Positions 1-47,660 of a stretch of DNA of 64,000 bases are shown here, piece by piece. This DNA is from the human T2T-CHM13v2.0 reference genome, Homo sapiens. Numbering within the stretch: position 1 is the stretch's first letter; every line of letters begins with the position of its first letter. Position numbers and translations under genes: made by a program. The stretch lies in NCBI RefSeq assembly GCF_009914755.1, contig NC_060927.1; one strand, given 5' to 3'. Under the pieces are notes generated by a model. The model was not told where the DNA came from. It was given only the letters and a program-made list of their open reading frames with translations, and did no database searches.

Positions 1-514
1 AGAAATCTGCATTTTAACAAGTTGAGGGGGACAGTTCCACACTTGGGATTGAGGACCTCTCATGCCATCCTGAGGGTCCCTTTTCCCCCAGGACGAAGGC
101 TGCCCTGTCTCTGCTTCTCTGAGATGCCTAGTTAAAAGGATATGACAAGGACGAGGGACAACAAGCAAGTGAACCTCCCTATCCCAGGAGACCTGACTGC
201 AAGGCTGTGGGGACTTGGGGCGGCCCTGAGAGTGCCTGGTCAGCTTCCAGACTGACGCAGTTCCCCAGCCCGCTCAGGGCCAGGTGGACTGAGGTCACAA
301 TGAGGGATGTAGGTCTCAGCCTCTCAGCTAGAAGGCAGGTTGCAGTCAAATGTCACCTGGTGATGAATGGGAGGCAGCGATAGTTCTGGAGGTTGAGGGC
401 AGTTGCAGGTGATTCCAAGGGGACTTGGGACACCCAGGTCCTGGCCCAGGACCAAGGACACCAGCCTCCCTAGCGCACCCTCCACGCTTCTTTCCCAGAA
501 CCTGCACTGGCTGC

Positions 515-572
515 AAACACATCAAAAAAGAAAACATTTCAGGGCCAATTCATTTTTCTCAAAACATATATT
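515..572 (-). terminator. TKT: Probable proximal TKT polyadenylation region with variant hexamer
   Basis: No AATAAA downstream of the stop within the window; AATATA (567-572) and AATGAA (549-554) are followed by a U/GU-rich tract (TGTTTTCTTTTTTGATGTGTTT, ~515-537). Confidence 0.55.
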
Positions 573-656
573 TACCCCTCCTCTCAGTACATCTTTGAGC
601 ACCTTTCCCAGAATCTCAGGAATGTATAGACCCCCGCCCCACACTTCATACCCGCC

Positions 657-30918
<30,262 letters not shown>

Positions 30919-31007
30919 GGTGCGGCAGGCGGGGACCGGGCGCACACGCGGACACACAGAGATAGCGGCTGCTCCCGCGGCGACAGGCGGCTGCCGAGGC
31001 CGGGCGC

Positions 31008-31083
31008 GGGGCGGGGGCGCGTTAAGTCGCCGGGCGGGGCGGGGCGGGGATGGGAGAGGCGGGGCAGGGGGAGGAGGCGGGGC
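31008..31083. promoter_or_regulatory. TKT: Cluster of Sp/KLF GC boxes (TATA-less TKT promoter)
   Basis: Repeated GGGGCGGGG, including tandem GGGCGGGGCGGGGCGGGG at 31032-31049, ~90-165 bp upstream of the ATG. Confidence 0.8.
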
Positions 31084-31424
31084 TCGGATCACCCCAGGCC
31101 TTCAGCCCCGCCCCGCCTGGGGCCGCCTCCTGCCCGCTCCCCTCCCCTAGGCGCTGGGCCGCTGCGGACTGCGAGGTTAGCAGTTAACCACACACACCAA
31201 TAATAATAACATAACGAACAACTCAGGATTCGAGTCTGGGCTCCTGACTCGAAAGCCTCTCAGTCTCCCTCCTCCACACAGTCCTCCGTGGACTTGTCAC
31301 GGCGAATCCCATTTTAGAGATGGACAAACTGAGGCTTGGCAAGGGCAATCAAGGTCACAAGGCTGGTGGGTGCCAGGCTTGGCCCCAGCCGACCAACCCC
31401 AGGCCCAAGAGACTGCAGGACTTA

Positions 31425-32030
<606 letters not shown>

Positions 32031-33129
32031 ACTCAGGGCTTTAGAGCCCTGCACAGGGGATGGGGATTATTGAAAATGAGAATAGGATAGTGGTAGCCAT
32101 GACAATGCCAGGTGATGATAACTGAGAAATTACTAGGGGAAGATCCTTTACAAATTATTAGGGCCTAGAAACACTACTGACTTTTAGGGAGATTATTGGG
32201 TTTGCTTCCAGGTCTGTAGGGACAGGGGCACCCACCACTACTGTTATCAGACCCCATGGTTCCCAGAGGTATGAAGCTCCCCAGAGTGGGATTAGGGAGG
32301 GGACTTTCATCACAGACACTGTTTCATTCAATCTGCCCACCACACTTGGCCAGTGAGGTACATACTGCCTACAATGCCTATTTTACAGAGGAAGAAGCTC
32401 CATTTGACAGAGGAAAGATAAAGGCAAGACCCTCAAATGGATGGCTGGGCAGGGAGCTAAAACCCTGAGAGATCCAAGAGGCACCAGTGGCCGCCCTGTG
32501 TCCTCTGTGTCCTCCCTGCATTGCCCATACTCAGAGAGCTCTGGCTCATGAGGCGATTGACTGAATTTGAGTGAGTCCCCCAGCTCGCCTCCAGGTGCTC
32601 CTCTGCTGGCCTGACCCCCAGATGCCCAATCAGACCCTAAGTATGGCATCCCATAGCACCTGGCTCCTGCTGGCCCAGCCCGCAGAGGCTGGCCCTATGG
32701 TGTCTGGCTGGTGAGGGCTATGGGCTAGGATTGGAGGGGGGCCCCACAGTGTGCCACCCTCAGATGCCTGGCAGGTGCCACCTCTGCCCTCAAGCTGCTC
32801 ACTGTCTGGAAAAAGGGCAAACCCTTGAAACCCTTTGAAAGCTCTGTGCCTTCCAACTCTGTGGCCCTTAGAGCAGTGGCTCCCTAAGGGAGTGGACTCC
32901 ATTTCCCCATCTGCCTAATGGGACTCATCCTTATCACTCTGATCTCTGACAATGGCACAGAACTCACCATGGCTCTGGGGACCTAGGAGTAATGGAAAGA
33001 AAATTGTCCCCTCCCCACCACCTGGAGCTCCAGGGACCTCAGGGAGGCTTTCTCTCCTCCTGGTGTTCCACATGAATGGGGCCTGTGATACTATGATATG
33101 CATATACAGGCCCCTGGCTTAGAACTGCC

Positions 33130-34248
33130 CCCAACCCTTGTTATACCACTGGGGTGCTTTAGACCTCAGGAGCAGACCCCAGAAACAGAGTCTCTCAGGC
33201 CTTCTCCTACCTTCCTTTCACCTGCTCCTTTCTCTCCCCATGGCAGGATCTTCTCCTGCCGGTCTGTCTTGGAGCTGGCCATAAGTAAGTTCTCTCACCT
33301 ACCTCGTGTAATTGTAGGTCATTAGACCCCCATGAGAAGGGGTTCTGTCCCATACCCATGAGGAGGGAAGACCAGAGTGGGTGCAGAGTGATAAGGATGA
33401 GTCCCGTTAGGCAGATGGGGAAATTGAGGCCACTCCCTTAGGGAGCCACTGTCCTAAGGGCCACAGAGTTGGATGGCACAGAGTTTTCAAAAGGTTTCAA
33501 GAGTCTGCCCTTTTACCAGACAGTGAGCTTCACAGAGAGGTCAAGAAGAGTCAGGACACACAGGTCTTGCGGGGTTTCCCCACTCAGTCAGTTAGTATTA
33601 GATCATATACTTTTGGTCTAATCACATTTCCACAAGGTTGTCAATCATGTCTGTCCAATGAAATGTCCATGAAAGGCTCAAGAGGACAGGGTTCAGGAGC
33701 TTCTGGACAGCGGAACACGTGGAGGCTCACAGGAAGGTGAACAAGAACTCATCCACGTGCTGGGAGGGTGGAACATTCCAGCTCCATGGAGACAATGGCT
33801 CCTTCACTAGGGACCTTTCCAGGCCTCCGCCTATGTATCTCTTTGCCTAACTGTTTCTTTGTCTCCTTTAAAATATCCTTTGTAACTAACCGATAAATGT
33901 GCTTTCCTGAGTTTTGAGAGCTGCGCTAGCAAATTAATTGAACCCAAAGAGGGAGTGGTGGGAACCCCAACTTGAAGCTGGTCAGTCCCAATCTTGCGAC
34001 TCATGGGAAGGAGGAGGTGCTCTTGGGGGACTGAATCCTTAACCTGTGGTTTCTGAGGCTATCTCCAGGTAATTAGCATCAGAATGGAATAGAGTTGGAG
34101 GACACCCAGCTGGTGTCGCTGCAGAATTGGTTGCTTGCTTGGTGCATGGGGAGAAACCCCCACACATTTGATCACAGGAGTCTTTTGTGTTAATTGTTGT
34201 GGTGTGAGAACAGAGGAAAAACAGAGTTTGAGTGTTTTCCCTTTCACA
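33130..34248 (+). mobile_element. MER21/MER39-type LTR, interrupted by a ~155-bp insert
   Basis: Motifs gggtttccccactcagtc, gaacacgtggagg, ctagcaaattaattgaaccc and gacacccagctggtgtc recognised from the MER21 family. Confidence 0.65.
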
Positions 34249-36070
34249 GGGCCCAAGGGTTCAGCCTTATTTCAAGAGCTCTTGGTCTTCCTGAAGGTCA
34301 GCTTCAGAACCAGAATCCTAGGCTAGCTGGAGATGTTGCTAGCACCCAGTTTGTCCAGGGTGGTTCCCTTGTCCCCAGGTCCCAGGGTCTTTATTCGAAC
34401 CCTCACGCCTCAGAAGTCACATGGCACTTGGAAGAAAGCCCTGGGATCCTGTCTGGCTTCCAGCTAACATCTGGCTCCCTGCTGCCCTCACACCCCATCC
34501 TCTCTCAGCCTCCTGTTCACCCTCCCCATGGCTGCCAGAGAAGTGTTCCTCCCCAGCTTAACTCCCATGTTGTTCTTCCTCCACCCTTTGGATATAATTC
34601 AGGTCCCCCAGCCCTACCCATCTCAGCCACACTGACCTCGCATTCCTTAAAAAATACCAAGCCCACTCCCTCCTAGAGGTTTTGCACAGGCTGCTCCCTG
34701 AGCCAGCAGAGCCCTTCCTGAGGCTCCTCACATGGCCTGGATCTAGAGCCATGCTGCCTATCACACTGCCTGTCTTGGTCTCTGCAGGGCTCTCTGCCTA
34801 TCTGCATGATCTTTTGTCAGCTCCCGGAGAGCCGGAATACAATCTCTTGTCCCTGGCTCTATCCGCAGGGACTACAACTGGGTCTCATATACAATAGGGG
34901 CTCAATGAATGCCTGCAGAATGAAAGCATGAATGTCAAGTGATGTACCTGAGGACACAGAGTCAGCAAGTGCCAGGGCTGCACCCAAGCCAAGAGGGCAT
35001 CAGGGAGGCCTCAGGGGAGGGAATCTGGCCATTCAGACTGGTGTCCTTCATTCCGGCCTTTCCAGAAACCGAGACACAAAGGTGCTCTGTTGGAGGGTAG
35101 GAAGTGGCAGAAATGTCCTACTGCCGGCATCAGGTGCCAGCAGAGGCCACAGTGACCTGAGAGCAGAGCCACATGCTGGAATCTGAGCTGTCCCCCAGGA
35201 CCCGTGCAGCACTAGGGAGAAGGTCACCCTTAGAGGAGCCAGAACAGTGTGAGTCCCCACGTAAGAGTCCCCCACAGCCACTCCCCAGGGATCTCCAGTA
35301 TCACTAAAAGGGACCTGAGGGGGGTTGGGGTCCTGAGGGGTGCCATGCCACCCAGTATTGTTCCTGGGCAATGGCTTTGATCACCAAGGCAGTGCTGATG
35401 GATTCTACTGGCTGCCTAGAGTGGAATGTGAAGCAGAGAGTTCTGAATTGCCCTTCAGCCTGAAATGCCAGGACCGGTCTAGCCATACTGGGCAGGGGCA
35501 CCTTGCATAAGAGACTGGCAGTGTCAGGAAGTCATGTCCCACCTCTTCATGTCCCCTGTACTTTGGGGACCCAGAGGGGGCTGCACTTGGGCCGGGCATG
35601 ACGAATCCCAGATTGCAGGAACTGTTTGGCACACACACACACTGACACTCACAGACAATGCTCACACACCCTCTCACGTTTGTTGTTGTTAAGAGATAAG
35701 GTCTCATGCTATGTTGCCCAGGCTAGTTTTGAACTCCTGGGCTCAAGTGATCCTCTTGCCTCGGCCTCCCAAAGTGTTGGGATTACAGGCATGAGCCACT
35801 GCACCCGGCCCATAATACGTTGTTAATGGGGTAAAAGCAAGGTAGAGAACTGCAGATAGAGGGTGATCCTATTTCTGTCAAAAATAAATAAAAGCACACA
35901 TGTGCCTTTGTGCACTTGTGCGCATGCTTGTAGGTGTGTGTAAGTTTACATGGGCATGCAGAGTCTGCAGGGACAGGTTCACAAACCGTGGGAGGCTTAG
36001 AGAGTGGGAATTGGGGACTTTCAGTTTTTTACCTACCCTTTTCTCTTTTGTTGGAATTTATTGGCAATGA

Positions 36071-36319
<249 letters not shown>

Positions 36320-36387
36320 TGATCTGCCCATCTTGGCCCCGCAAAGTGCTGCGATTACAGGCATGAGCCACTACACCCAGCTGATCA

Positions 36388-36540
<153 letters not shown>

Positions 36541-37282
36541 CTAGTGAAGTTATGGGCAGGTTGCATTTTTGTGAACACACATTTTCTCTTGGTTTCCTAT
36601 GATTATGTAAAGCTGCTCCCATGTTTCATAAGCCAGGCTGCTGCCCTGGATGTTTTTGGGTTGGGAGCAAACCCCCAGGCAGTGGGAGCTTGATGGTGCC
36701 TCTCCTGTCCTTGCTTTGCTATCCACATAAAACTTAGGGCAACGCCATCCTGATGTGCTCCTGCACGTTCACTGAGCAGGCACTGATGAGGCATGAATGG
36801 GCCCTGGGCAGCTGCATTCCTGAGTGACAGCACTGGACATTGCTTTGGCAGGGCTGGGCCCACATGTGTGCTCCTGGGGCATGCCTGGGCCAGCCTCTGG
36901 GAGCCCCAAATCAGCACAGGGCTTGCAATGGAGCCAACATCCAGCTCTGGGTCCTCAGGACACTGTTTTTGACTCATATCCAAGGCTGGCCACCTTCAGG
37001 GGCCTGGGAGGAGTCCTCGTGGAGTGAGTGTCCAGCTCGTGCCCTCCTGTGCCGAGTAGACAGCCTTGCTCCTGAGTACCCAAAAGAGGCATGTAGGTTG
37101 ACTGAGTTTTAATACATTTATCTCTCCTCCCAATGCCTGAAATTTCCTTTGGGAGGCATTTTTGGGGAAATGCCTCTTTCGATAATGTAGCTCCCATTTG
37201 AGAACACAAATGTTTCAACTCATTCACAGAATGTCTCAGTTCTCTTGTACTCAATTTATTCTTGTTTTTTAAAAACACTCAA

Positions 37283-37395
37283 TTTCTTCTTCTTCTTCTT
37301 CCTCTTCCTCTTCCTCTTCCTCTTCTTCTTCTTCTTCTTCTCCTTCTCCTTCTTCTCCTTCTTCCCTCTTCCCTCTTCCTCCTCCTCCTCCTTCT
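37283..37395. repeat. Pure pyrimidine (CTT/CCT)n tract
   Basis: ~110 nt containing only C and T on the plus strand. Confidence 0.95.
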
Positions 37396-37464
37396 TTTTT
37401 TGAGACAGAGTCTAGCTCCGTCCTCCAGGCTAGAGTGTAGTGGCACAATCTCAGCTCACTGTAA

Positions 37465-38065
<601 letters not shown>

Positions 38066-38212
38066 TGACTGGGTCTTGCTTTTGCCTAGGCTGGAGTACA
38101 GTGGCACAATCTTGGCTCACTGCAACCTCTGTCTCCTGGGCTCAAAGGGATTCTCCCACCTCAGCCTCCTGAGTAGCTGAGACTATAGGCATGCACCATC
38201 ATGCCTGACTAA

Positions 38213-38404
<192 letters not shown>

Positions 38405-38700
38405 TAAAGTTGCTTGCTCATTTGACAAATATTGATTTATTATATATAATTGTTATGAAGAAAATAGGCCGGGCACAGTGACTCACACACACCTGTAGCA
38501 CATTGGGAGGCTAAGGCAGGAAGATTGCTTGAGTCCAGGAGCATGAGACAAGCCTGCACAACATGGTGATACCCTGTCTCTACAAACTAAAAATTTAAAA
38601 ATTAGGCTGAGCACGGTGGCTCACGTCTGTAATCCCAGCACTTTGGGAGGCCGAGGCGGGCAGATCACCTGAGGTCAGGAGTTCCAGACCAGCCCGGCTA

Positions 38701-38899
<199 letters not shown>

Positions 38900-38902
38900 T
38901 TA

Positions 38903-39082
<180 letters not shown>

Positions 39083-39400
39083 TCAGGGTCAGGGGTCAGG
39101 GGCTGGAGAGGGGCTGCAAAGTAGGGGGTGGATATACACTTCAGGTTGTCAGGCAAGGCTGAAGACAGTCATTGCTCAGTATGTTTGCTATTGTGAATTC
39201 CTTGTTTTAAAAAATACATTGTCGGCTAGATGCAGTGGCTCATGCCTATAATCCCAGCACTTTGGGAGGCTGAGGTGGACGGATCATCTGAGGTCAGGAG
39301 TTTGAGACCAGCCTGGCCAACATGGCGAAACCCCATCTCTACTAAAAAATACAAAAATTAGTTGGGTGTGGTGGGGGGCGCCTGTAATCCCAGCTACTCA

Positions 39401-39538
<138 letters not shown>

Positions 39539-40471
39539 TCACAAAAAAAAAAAAAAAAAAAAAAAAAAATCCATTGTCAGGATCATGTCAAACCATTTTC
39601 CCCCTATATTTTCTCATTAGCATTTCAAAATGCTTCGAAGAAATCATTTTTACTAGCTGTGCATTGTCCCATCATAGGGCCGTGTCCTCATCTATTAACC
39701 ATCCCTTAGGGCTGAACGCTCAGACCCCTTCCAGCTGTTAATCATTGGGTATTGCCCTGCAGTTAACATTTTCGTGCCTAAATCTTGTCCTCCTGGTGAG
39801 TTATTTCCTGAACCAGAGTCCTCAGCAGGTGTTGAGAGGAAGGTGGCAGTTTTGCCAGAGATCTGGGTACATATTTGGCTGAGGGCTGGCCAGAAAGCCT
39901 GGTTCTGCCACTCATCACCTTTGCTTCCAATTGGCAAGGTCCCATTGTGGGATTGACAGAGTGAGAGGAGAGAGGGAGCCCGAAACCTGCATGGCCTTCA
40001 GTGGAGCCCTTTCTCCAGTCCTGTTTCTCACATCTGTAAGAGAGGCTTATTCTTGCTACATGCAGAGGTTGAATTCTCCCCTTGTGCCAGGCCCTGTGTG
40101 CCGAGTCAGAGCCCCTTGGGGCCATTTTCTGTCTGGGAAAAGCAGATCCAGCTAGGTTTAGTAGGGCTGGAAGACTTCTGATAGTTTTCAGGTCATAGAC
40201 CCATAAACTTTTCTGGGCAATTACGTGTAGGGGGTGGGAGTGTATTGGACCCCTCTGGCCAGTAGCAAAGGGAAGTGCAATGAGAGGAGAGAATTCTGAG
40301 ATGAGTTTTGCAAATCACTTTCACCACGATGTCCGCAAACTCCAGGGTCCTGGGACTGGGCAAGAGCCCCATGAGAGGGAGACAAAGGGGAGGAAAGGGA
40401 GTCTGGAGACAGGAGAAAAACGCACCAGCTCCTCGACTTTGCTGGGAGCCAGCCCACCCAAGTACACATGA

Positions 40472-40702
<231 letters not shown>

Positions 40703-40959
40703 TAGAGATGGGGTTTTGCTGTGTTGCCCAGGCTGGTCCCAAACTCCTGGGTTCAAGCAATCCACCCACCTCGGACTCCCAAAGTGCTGGGATTATAGGT
40801 ATGAGCCACTGTACCTAGCCTCTTTTTTTTTTTTCTTAATCACATTTTTTATCTCATTTTGAGATAAAATGAACACACCGTGAAATCTACCCTCCCTTAA
40901 AAGTGTATAATTCAATGATTTTTGGTGTTGAGGGATAGAGAAAATAAATTAATTTTTTT

Positions 40960-41612
40960 TTTTTAATTCTCATATAGTCACTACAACACAGAACACTTCT
41001 GTGGTCCCTGGTCACCAAAATATGTGAGGATTTCTCCCCATCAAGCAATCCTGCAGTGGACACCAGCTGTGTGTCCTCTAATTCAACTCAATTCTGACAC
41101 TATCTGGAGATAGTGTCAGATCCCACAGACTGAGGGCTCAGGTCCGTAAGACTGTCCCCTACTTCAGATGCCAATCACAGGTCTTGGCCTCTGCAACTTC
41201 TGAGGAACTTACTATAAATTGAGGTTCCCAAGATCCCGTCCCTGGTTCAATTAACTTGCTAGAGTGGCTCACAGAACTCAGGGAAACATTTTACTTATAA
41301 TGACCCGTTTATTATAAAGGATATTACAAAGGAATCAGAGAAATAGCCAGATGAAGAGACAGATAGGGTGAGGTATGCGGGGAGAGGGAGCTGAAAGTTC
41401 CAGACCTCTAATCCTCTAATTACTTGGTCTTTCTGGTGACTGCCCCATCCCGAGCCTATCTAGAGGCCTCACCCCAAGTCACTGTGTTAGCATAAACGCA
41501 GGTGTGATCAAAGAGTGGCTTATGAGTAACAAAAGACATGCCTTCTGCTAAGCAAATTCCAAGGGTTTTCAGCCCTGTGACAGGAACTAGGGACAAATAC
41601 TAAATATATTTC
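40960..41612 (-). mobile_element. MER21-family LTR in reverse orientation; terminal remnant resumes ~42780-42812 after Alu insertions
   Basis: ggacaccagctg, aattctgacactatct and ttgctagagtggctcacagaactcagggaaac motifs. Confidence 0.65.
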
Positions 41613-41616
41613 ATCA

Positions 41617-42022
<406 letters not shown>

Positions 42023-42073
42023 TTACTCTGGAGGCCGAGGCGGGCAGATCATGAGGTCAGGAGTTCGAGACTA

Positions 42074-42768
<695 letters not shown>

Positions 42769-42812
42769 TTAAACAAATCTAAAAAGACCAAATATATTTT
42801 GTATTATACCAT

Positions 42813-43745
42813 AGGTATATTCACAGATTGTGCAGCTTGTGCACTTCTAAGCACTACCTAATTTTAGAACTTATTCTTTTTTTTTTTTTTTTGAGACAGG
42901 GTCTCTCTGTTGCCCAGGCTGGAGTACAGTGACTCACCATAGCCTTGACCTCCTGGGCTTAAACCATCCTCCCACCTCAGCCTCCAGAGTTGCTGACAGC
43001 AAAGGTGTGAGCCACCATGCCCAGCCAGTTTTTTTTATTATTTGTAGAAACAGGGTGTCCCTATGTTGCCCAGACTTGACTTGAACTCCTGCACTCAAGT
43101 GATTCTTTGGCCTCAGCCTCTCAAAATGCTTGGATTACAGATGTAAGCCACCACACCTGGCCTAGTTTTAGAACATTTTTACCACCCAGAAAAAGAGACC
43201 TGTACTCATTGATAGTTCCCTATTTTTCCCTCTTCCTCATTCCAGGCAACCAGGAATCTACTTGTGGTCTCTATGGATTTGCCTATTCTGGATATTTCAT
43301 ATAAATGGCACCATTGCAATTTGTGATCTTTGTGTCTGACTTCTTTCACTCAGTGTGATGTTTTCAAGGTTCATCCGCCTTGTCGCTTGTATTAGTACTT
43401 TATTCCTTTTGTTGATAAATAATTTTCCATCCTGTGGATATGCCACAATATTCCTACCCATTCATCAGTTCACGGACATTTGGTTTTTTTCCACTTCTTT
43501 GCTATTATGAATAATGCTGCTTTGAATGGTGATATAAACATTTTTTTGTGGACCTGTGTTTTCAGTTATCTTGGGTATATGCACAGGAATGGAATTGCTG
43601 GGTCATACAGCAATTCTACAAACGGTCATCTAACCATTTGAGGAACTGCCAAACTATTTTCCAAAGTGGCCCCACCATTTTACAGTTTCACCAGTGATGA
43701 ATGAGGGTTCCAGTTTCTCCATGACTTTGTCTACAGTTGTTGTTG
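42813..43745 (-). mobile_element. Old L1M (L1MB-like) fragment split by an Alu
   Basis: ggatttgcctattctggatatttcatataaatgg, ttttcaaggttcatcc and ggaattgctgggtcata motifs. Confidence 0.7.
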
Positions 43746-45247
43746 TATTTTTTTTTTTTTTTTTTGAGATGGAGCCTTGCTCTGTAACCCAGGCTGGAGT
43801 GCAGTGGCGCAATCTTGGCTCACTGCAACCTCTGCCTCCTGGGTTCAAGCGATTCTCCTGCCTCAGCCTCCTGAGAGTAGCTGGGACTATAGGCACCCAC
43901 CACCATGCCCAGCTAATTTTTTTGTATTTTTAGTGGAGACAGGGTTTCACCATATTGGCCAGACTGGTCTCAAGCTCCTGACCTTGTGATCTGCCCGCCT
44001 CAGCCTTCCAAAGTTCTGGAATTATAAGCGTGAGCACCACGTCCGGCCTGTTGTTGTATCTTTTTTACCTGAAGCATCCTAGTGGGTGCAAAGTGTTACC
44101 TCATTACGGTGGTTTTGTCACTTATTGCTTTTTAAAAAATATTATACAAGTAACACATATTCCATGTAGAAAATTTGGAAATTTAACAAAAATACTGTGA
44201 TGGTCAGTTTTATGTGTCAATTTGGCTAGACTAGTACCCAGTTATTCAATCACACACTAACCTAGGTGTTTCTTTTATTTATTTATTTAGAGGCGGAGTC
44301 TCGCTCAGTCACCAAGGCCAGAGTGCAGTGGTGCAATCTCGGCTCATTGCAACCTCCGCCTTCTGTGTTCAAGTGATTCTCCTGCCTCAGCCTCCCAGTA
44401 GCTGGGATTACAGGTGCCCACCACCACGCCCGGCTAATTTTTTTGAATTTTTAATAGAGACGGAGTTTCACCATGTTGGCCAGGCTGGTCTCAAACTCCT
44501 GACCTCGTGATCCACCCACCTTGGCCTCCCAAAGTGCGTGGATGACAGGCGTGAGCCATTGCGCCTGGCCCAATATTTTATTTTACTCATTTTTTTTTTG
44601 GAGTTGGAGTCTCACTCTGTCACCCAAGCTGGAGTGTAGGGGCGCAATCTCGGCTCACTGCACAAACTCTGCATCCCAGGTTCAAGTGATTCTCCTGTCT
44701 CAGCCTTTCAAGTAGCTGGTACACAGGCGTGTGCCACCATACCTGGCTAATTTTTGTATTTTTAGTATAGACGGGTTTTTGTCATGTTGGCCAGGCTGAT
44801 CTTGAACTCCTGACCTCAGGTGATCCGCCTGTCTGCATCAATATTTTAAATAAAGATGTTAATGCTCCACAGGTTGTGCGTCTTTCCCCACGTGAGTCCA
44901 CATTCTTTTCTACCCTAGGATTACTACTGGCACAGAGGAAGTTGAACCACTGTCCCCCTTTGGTTGGATGTTTGCAATACTTCTGCTTTTATACTGCAAC
45001 AAACAATACTTGTGCTTTCCCTCCATCTAGCACTGTGCCTCCAGGAGAGAGGGTTTTTTTCTGGTCGCCCCTGCAGACATGACCCTGCTTGTCCCTGGCC
45101 AATCCCAGGGCCAGACTGGATTGTTGGCCCTCTGACTCACCCTAGAAGGCCTGGGGCTGGAGAGGCCTGGAACTCCTCGGAGGTAAGTGCCAGTGTGAGG
45201 CCAGCCAAGCCCTGCCGGGCCTGCTTTCCTTGTGCATAAAGAAAACA

Positions 45248-45263
45248 TGCCGAGTCATTGTGA
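45248..45263 (-). promoter_or_regulatory. Candidate distal ARE ~14.3 kb upstream of the TKT ATG
   Basis: Minus strand TCACAATGACTCGGCA matches the extended ARE consensus; lies in non-repetitive sequence. Confidence 0.5.
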
Positions 45264-46025
45264 CTTGCACTTTTTGACTAGTGCGGTCAGGCTCTGTGTG
45301 GCACTGCCGTAGGCCTGGGTACCTCCTAGTGTGAGGAGCAGGAGCTGCTTTCCAGCAACGCCCTACAGCCCCTGTCAACTCCTGCCCAGGGGCGCTGGAC
45401 AGGCTGGGCTGGGCAGGGGCGGTGCTGGTGACAGACAGGACACTCTTAGGGGCTCCTCCTGCACAGTCTGCAGGACGCAGTAGGGAGAGATCTTCATCCT
45501 TGTCCCCTTTTCTGGTACCTCTTGGGTTTCCCTGAGCAAGGCTGGGGTGGTGGAAGGAGCTATTTTGTTCCAGTGGGTATTAAATATTAAAGCTTTTGTT
45601 TTGTGTCGTGGGGAGGTTAAGTGGATTTTCTCCTGGGCTGGTTGTTGAACAGCTGAGAGTGAAACTGGCTTCTTAGAGTAGGACTAAAAAGCTCCAGAGA
45701 GTGGCTCACAGAGGGGTTGCTTAACCACTGTGAGCCACAGCTCCTCCTGGAAAACCTGAAACCATCAGGAGCACTTCCCTTGTAAGGTCACCTGAGAAAG
45801 TGAGTGAGGAGATATCTCACTTCCCAAACCAGGGTTCTTTGGCCCCCAGACACATGACTTTTACTCTCTCTCTTCCCATCCTTGCCTCCAGAATTAGCAA
45901 GGGCACCCAGTCAGCCATCCTGTTCTAGTGACTTGGACAAGGCATCAGAAAAGCATTTGTTAGGCCAGGTGCGGTGGCTCACGCCTGTAATTCCAGCACT
46001 TTGGGAGGCCGAGGTGTGCGGATCA

Positions 46026-46238
<213 letters not shown>

Positions 46239-46901
46239 TCACCAAAAAAAAAAAAAGCGTTTGTTCCATGCTACTGTGCAAAACAGAAAAGTGCTGCTGC
46301 TGGCTATCTGGTCAGGGCAGGGAAGTGGTTTTGCCATCACTGGTCCTCTGATTTCACTCAACACTTCATTTACCAGGGTCTATGTGTTGGGCACAGGTGC
46401 TGGATGCCCCAGCAGCACGTGTTTATACCGCACTGTCCAGTGATTTGTACAAACAATTGCCTGCTGAGGTTGTTGATCTGGGAAGGCGCCAAGGAGGGGG
46501 TGACAGCCAGTTTTGAAATAACAGAATTTTCTGCAACAAAACTGTGTCTGTGTCTAGCTGGCATGGGTGAAGAGGGGATTGAGGAAATACATTCATTTCA
46601 ATATGTATTCTTTTTATGTTAATTTAATTTTATTTTTGTAGAGACAAGCTTTCACCATGTGGGCCAGGCTGGTCTCAAACTCATGACCTCAAGTGATCCG
46701 CCTGCCTCAGCCTCCCAAAGTGCTGGGATTACCGGCGTGAGCCACCGCGCCTGGCCGACTCTTTTTTTTTTTCGAGACCCAAGCTGGAGTGCAGTGGTGT
46801 GAACACAGATCACTGCAGCCTTGACCTCCTGGGCTTAAGTGATCCTCCCACCTCAGCCTCCCGAGTAGCTGGGACTATACGTGCATGCCACCACATCTGG
46901 C

Positions 46902-46903
<2 letters not shown>

Positions 46904-46944
<41 letters not shown>
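46904..46944. repeat. (TG)~20 microsatellite in an Alu linker
   Basis: Perfect dinucleotide run. Confidence 0.97.
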
Positions 46945-46948
<4 letters not shown>

Positions 46949-47328
46949 TTGGTAGAGATGGGTTTTGCCATGTTGCCCAGGCTGGTCTTAAACTCCTGAG
47001 CTCAAGTGATTCACCCACCTCTGCCTCCCAAAGTGCTGGGATTACAGGCGTGAGCCACTGTGGCTGGCTCCTCCACAGATGTTATGTGGGAGAGTAGCAT
47101 GCTTTTCAGCGATGTATGGAGAGGTTTCAGAGGGAAGACCGGAGGTCCTCTATGGGGTATTTTGGGAATTTGTGTACCTGTGTACCTGTGCCCAAGCATT
47201 TCCATATTAAAACAGAGTCTTTCTATGCTGCCCATGCTAGACTTGAACTTTTGGGCTCAAGCAATCCTCCTGCCTCAGCCTCCTGAGTAGCTGGGACTAC
47301 AGGTGTGCCCCATACATATTTAATATGA

Positions 47329-47660
<332 letters not shown>

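Noticed and set aside
41093-41120. 13-bp stem hairpin TCTGACACTATCT-GG-AGATAGTGTCAGA
   Set aside because: Lies within the MER21 LTR, whose consensus has a similar inverted repeat; too short for a pre-miRNA
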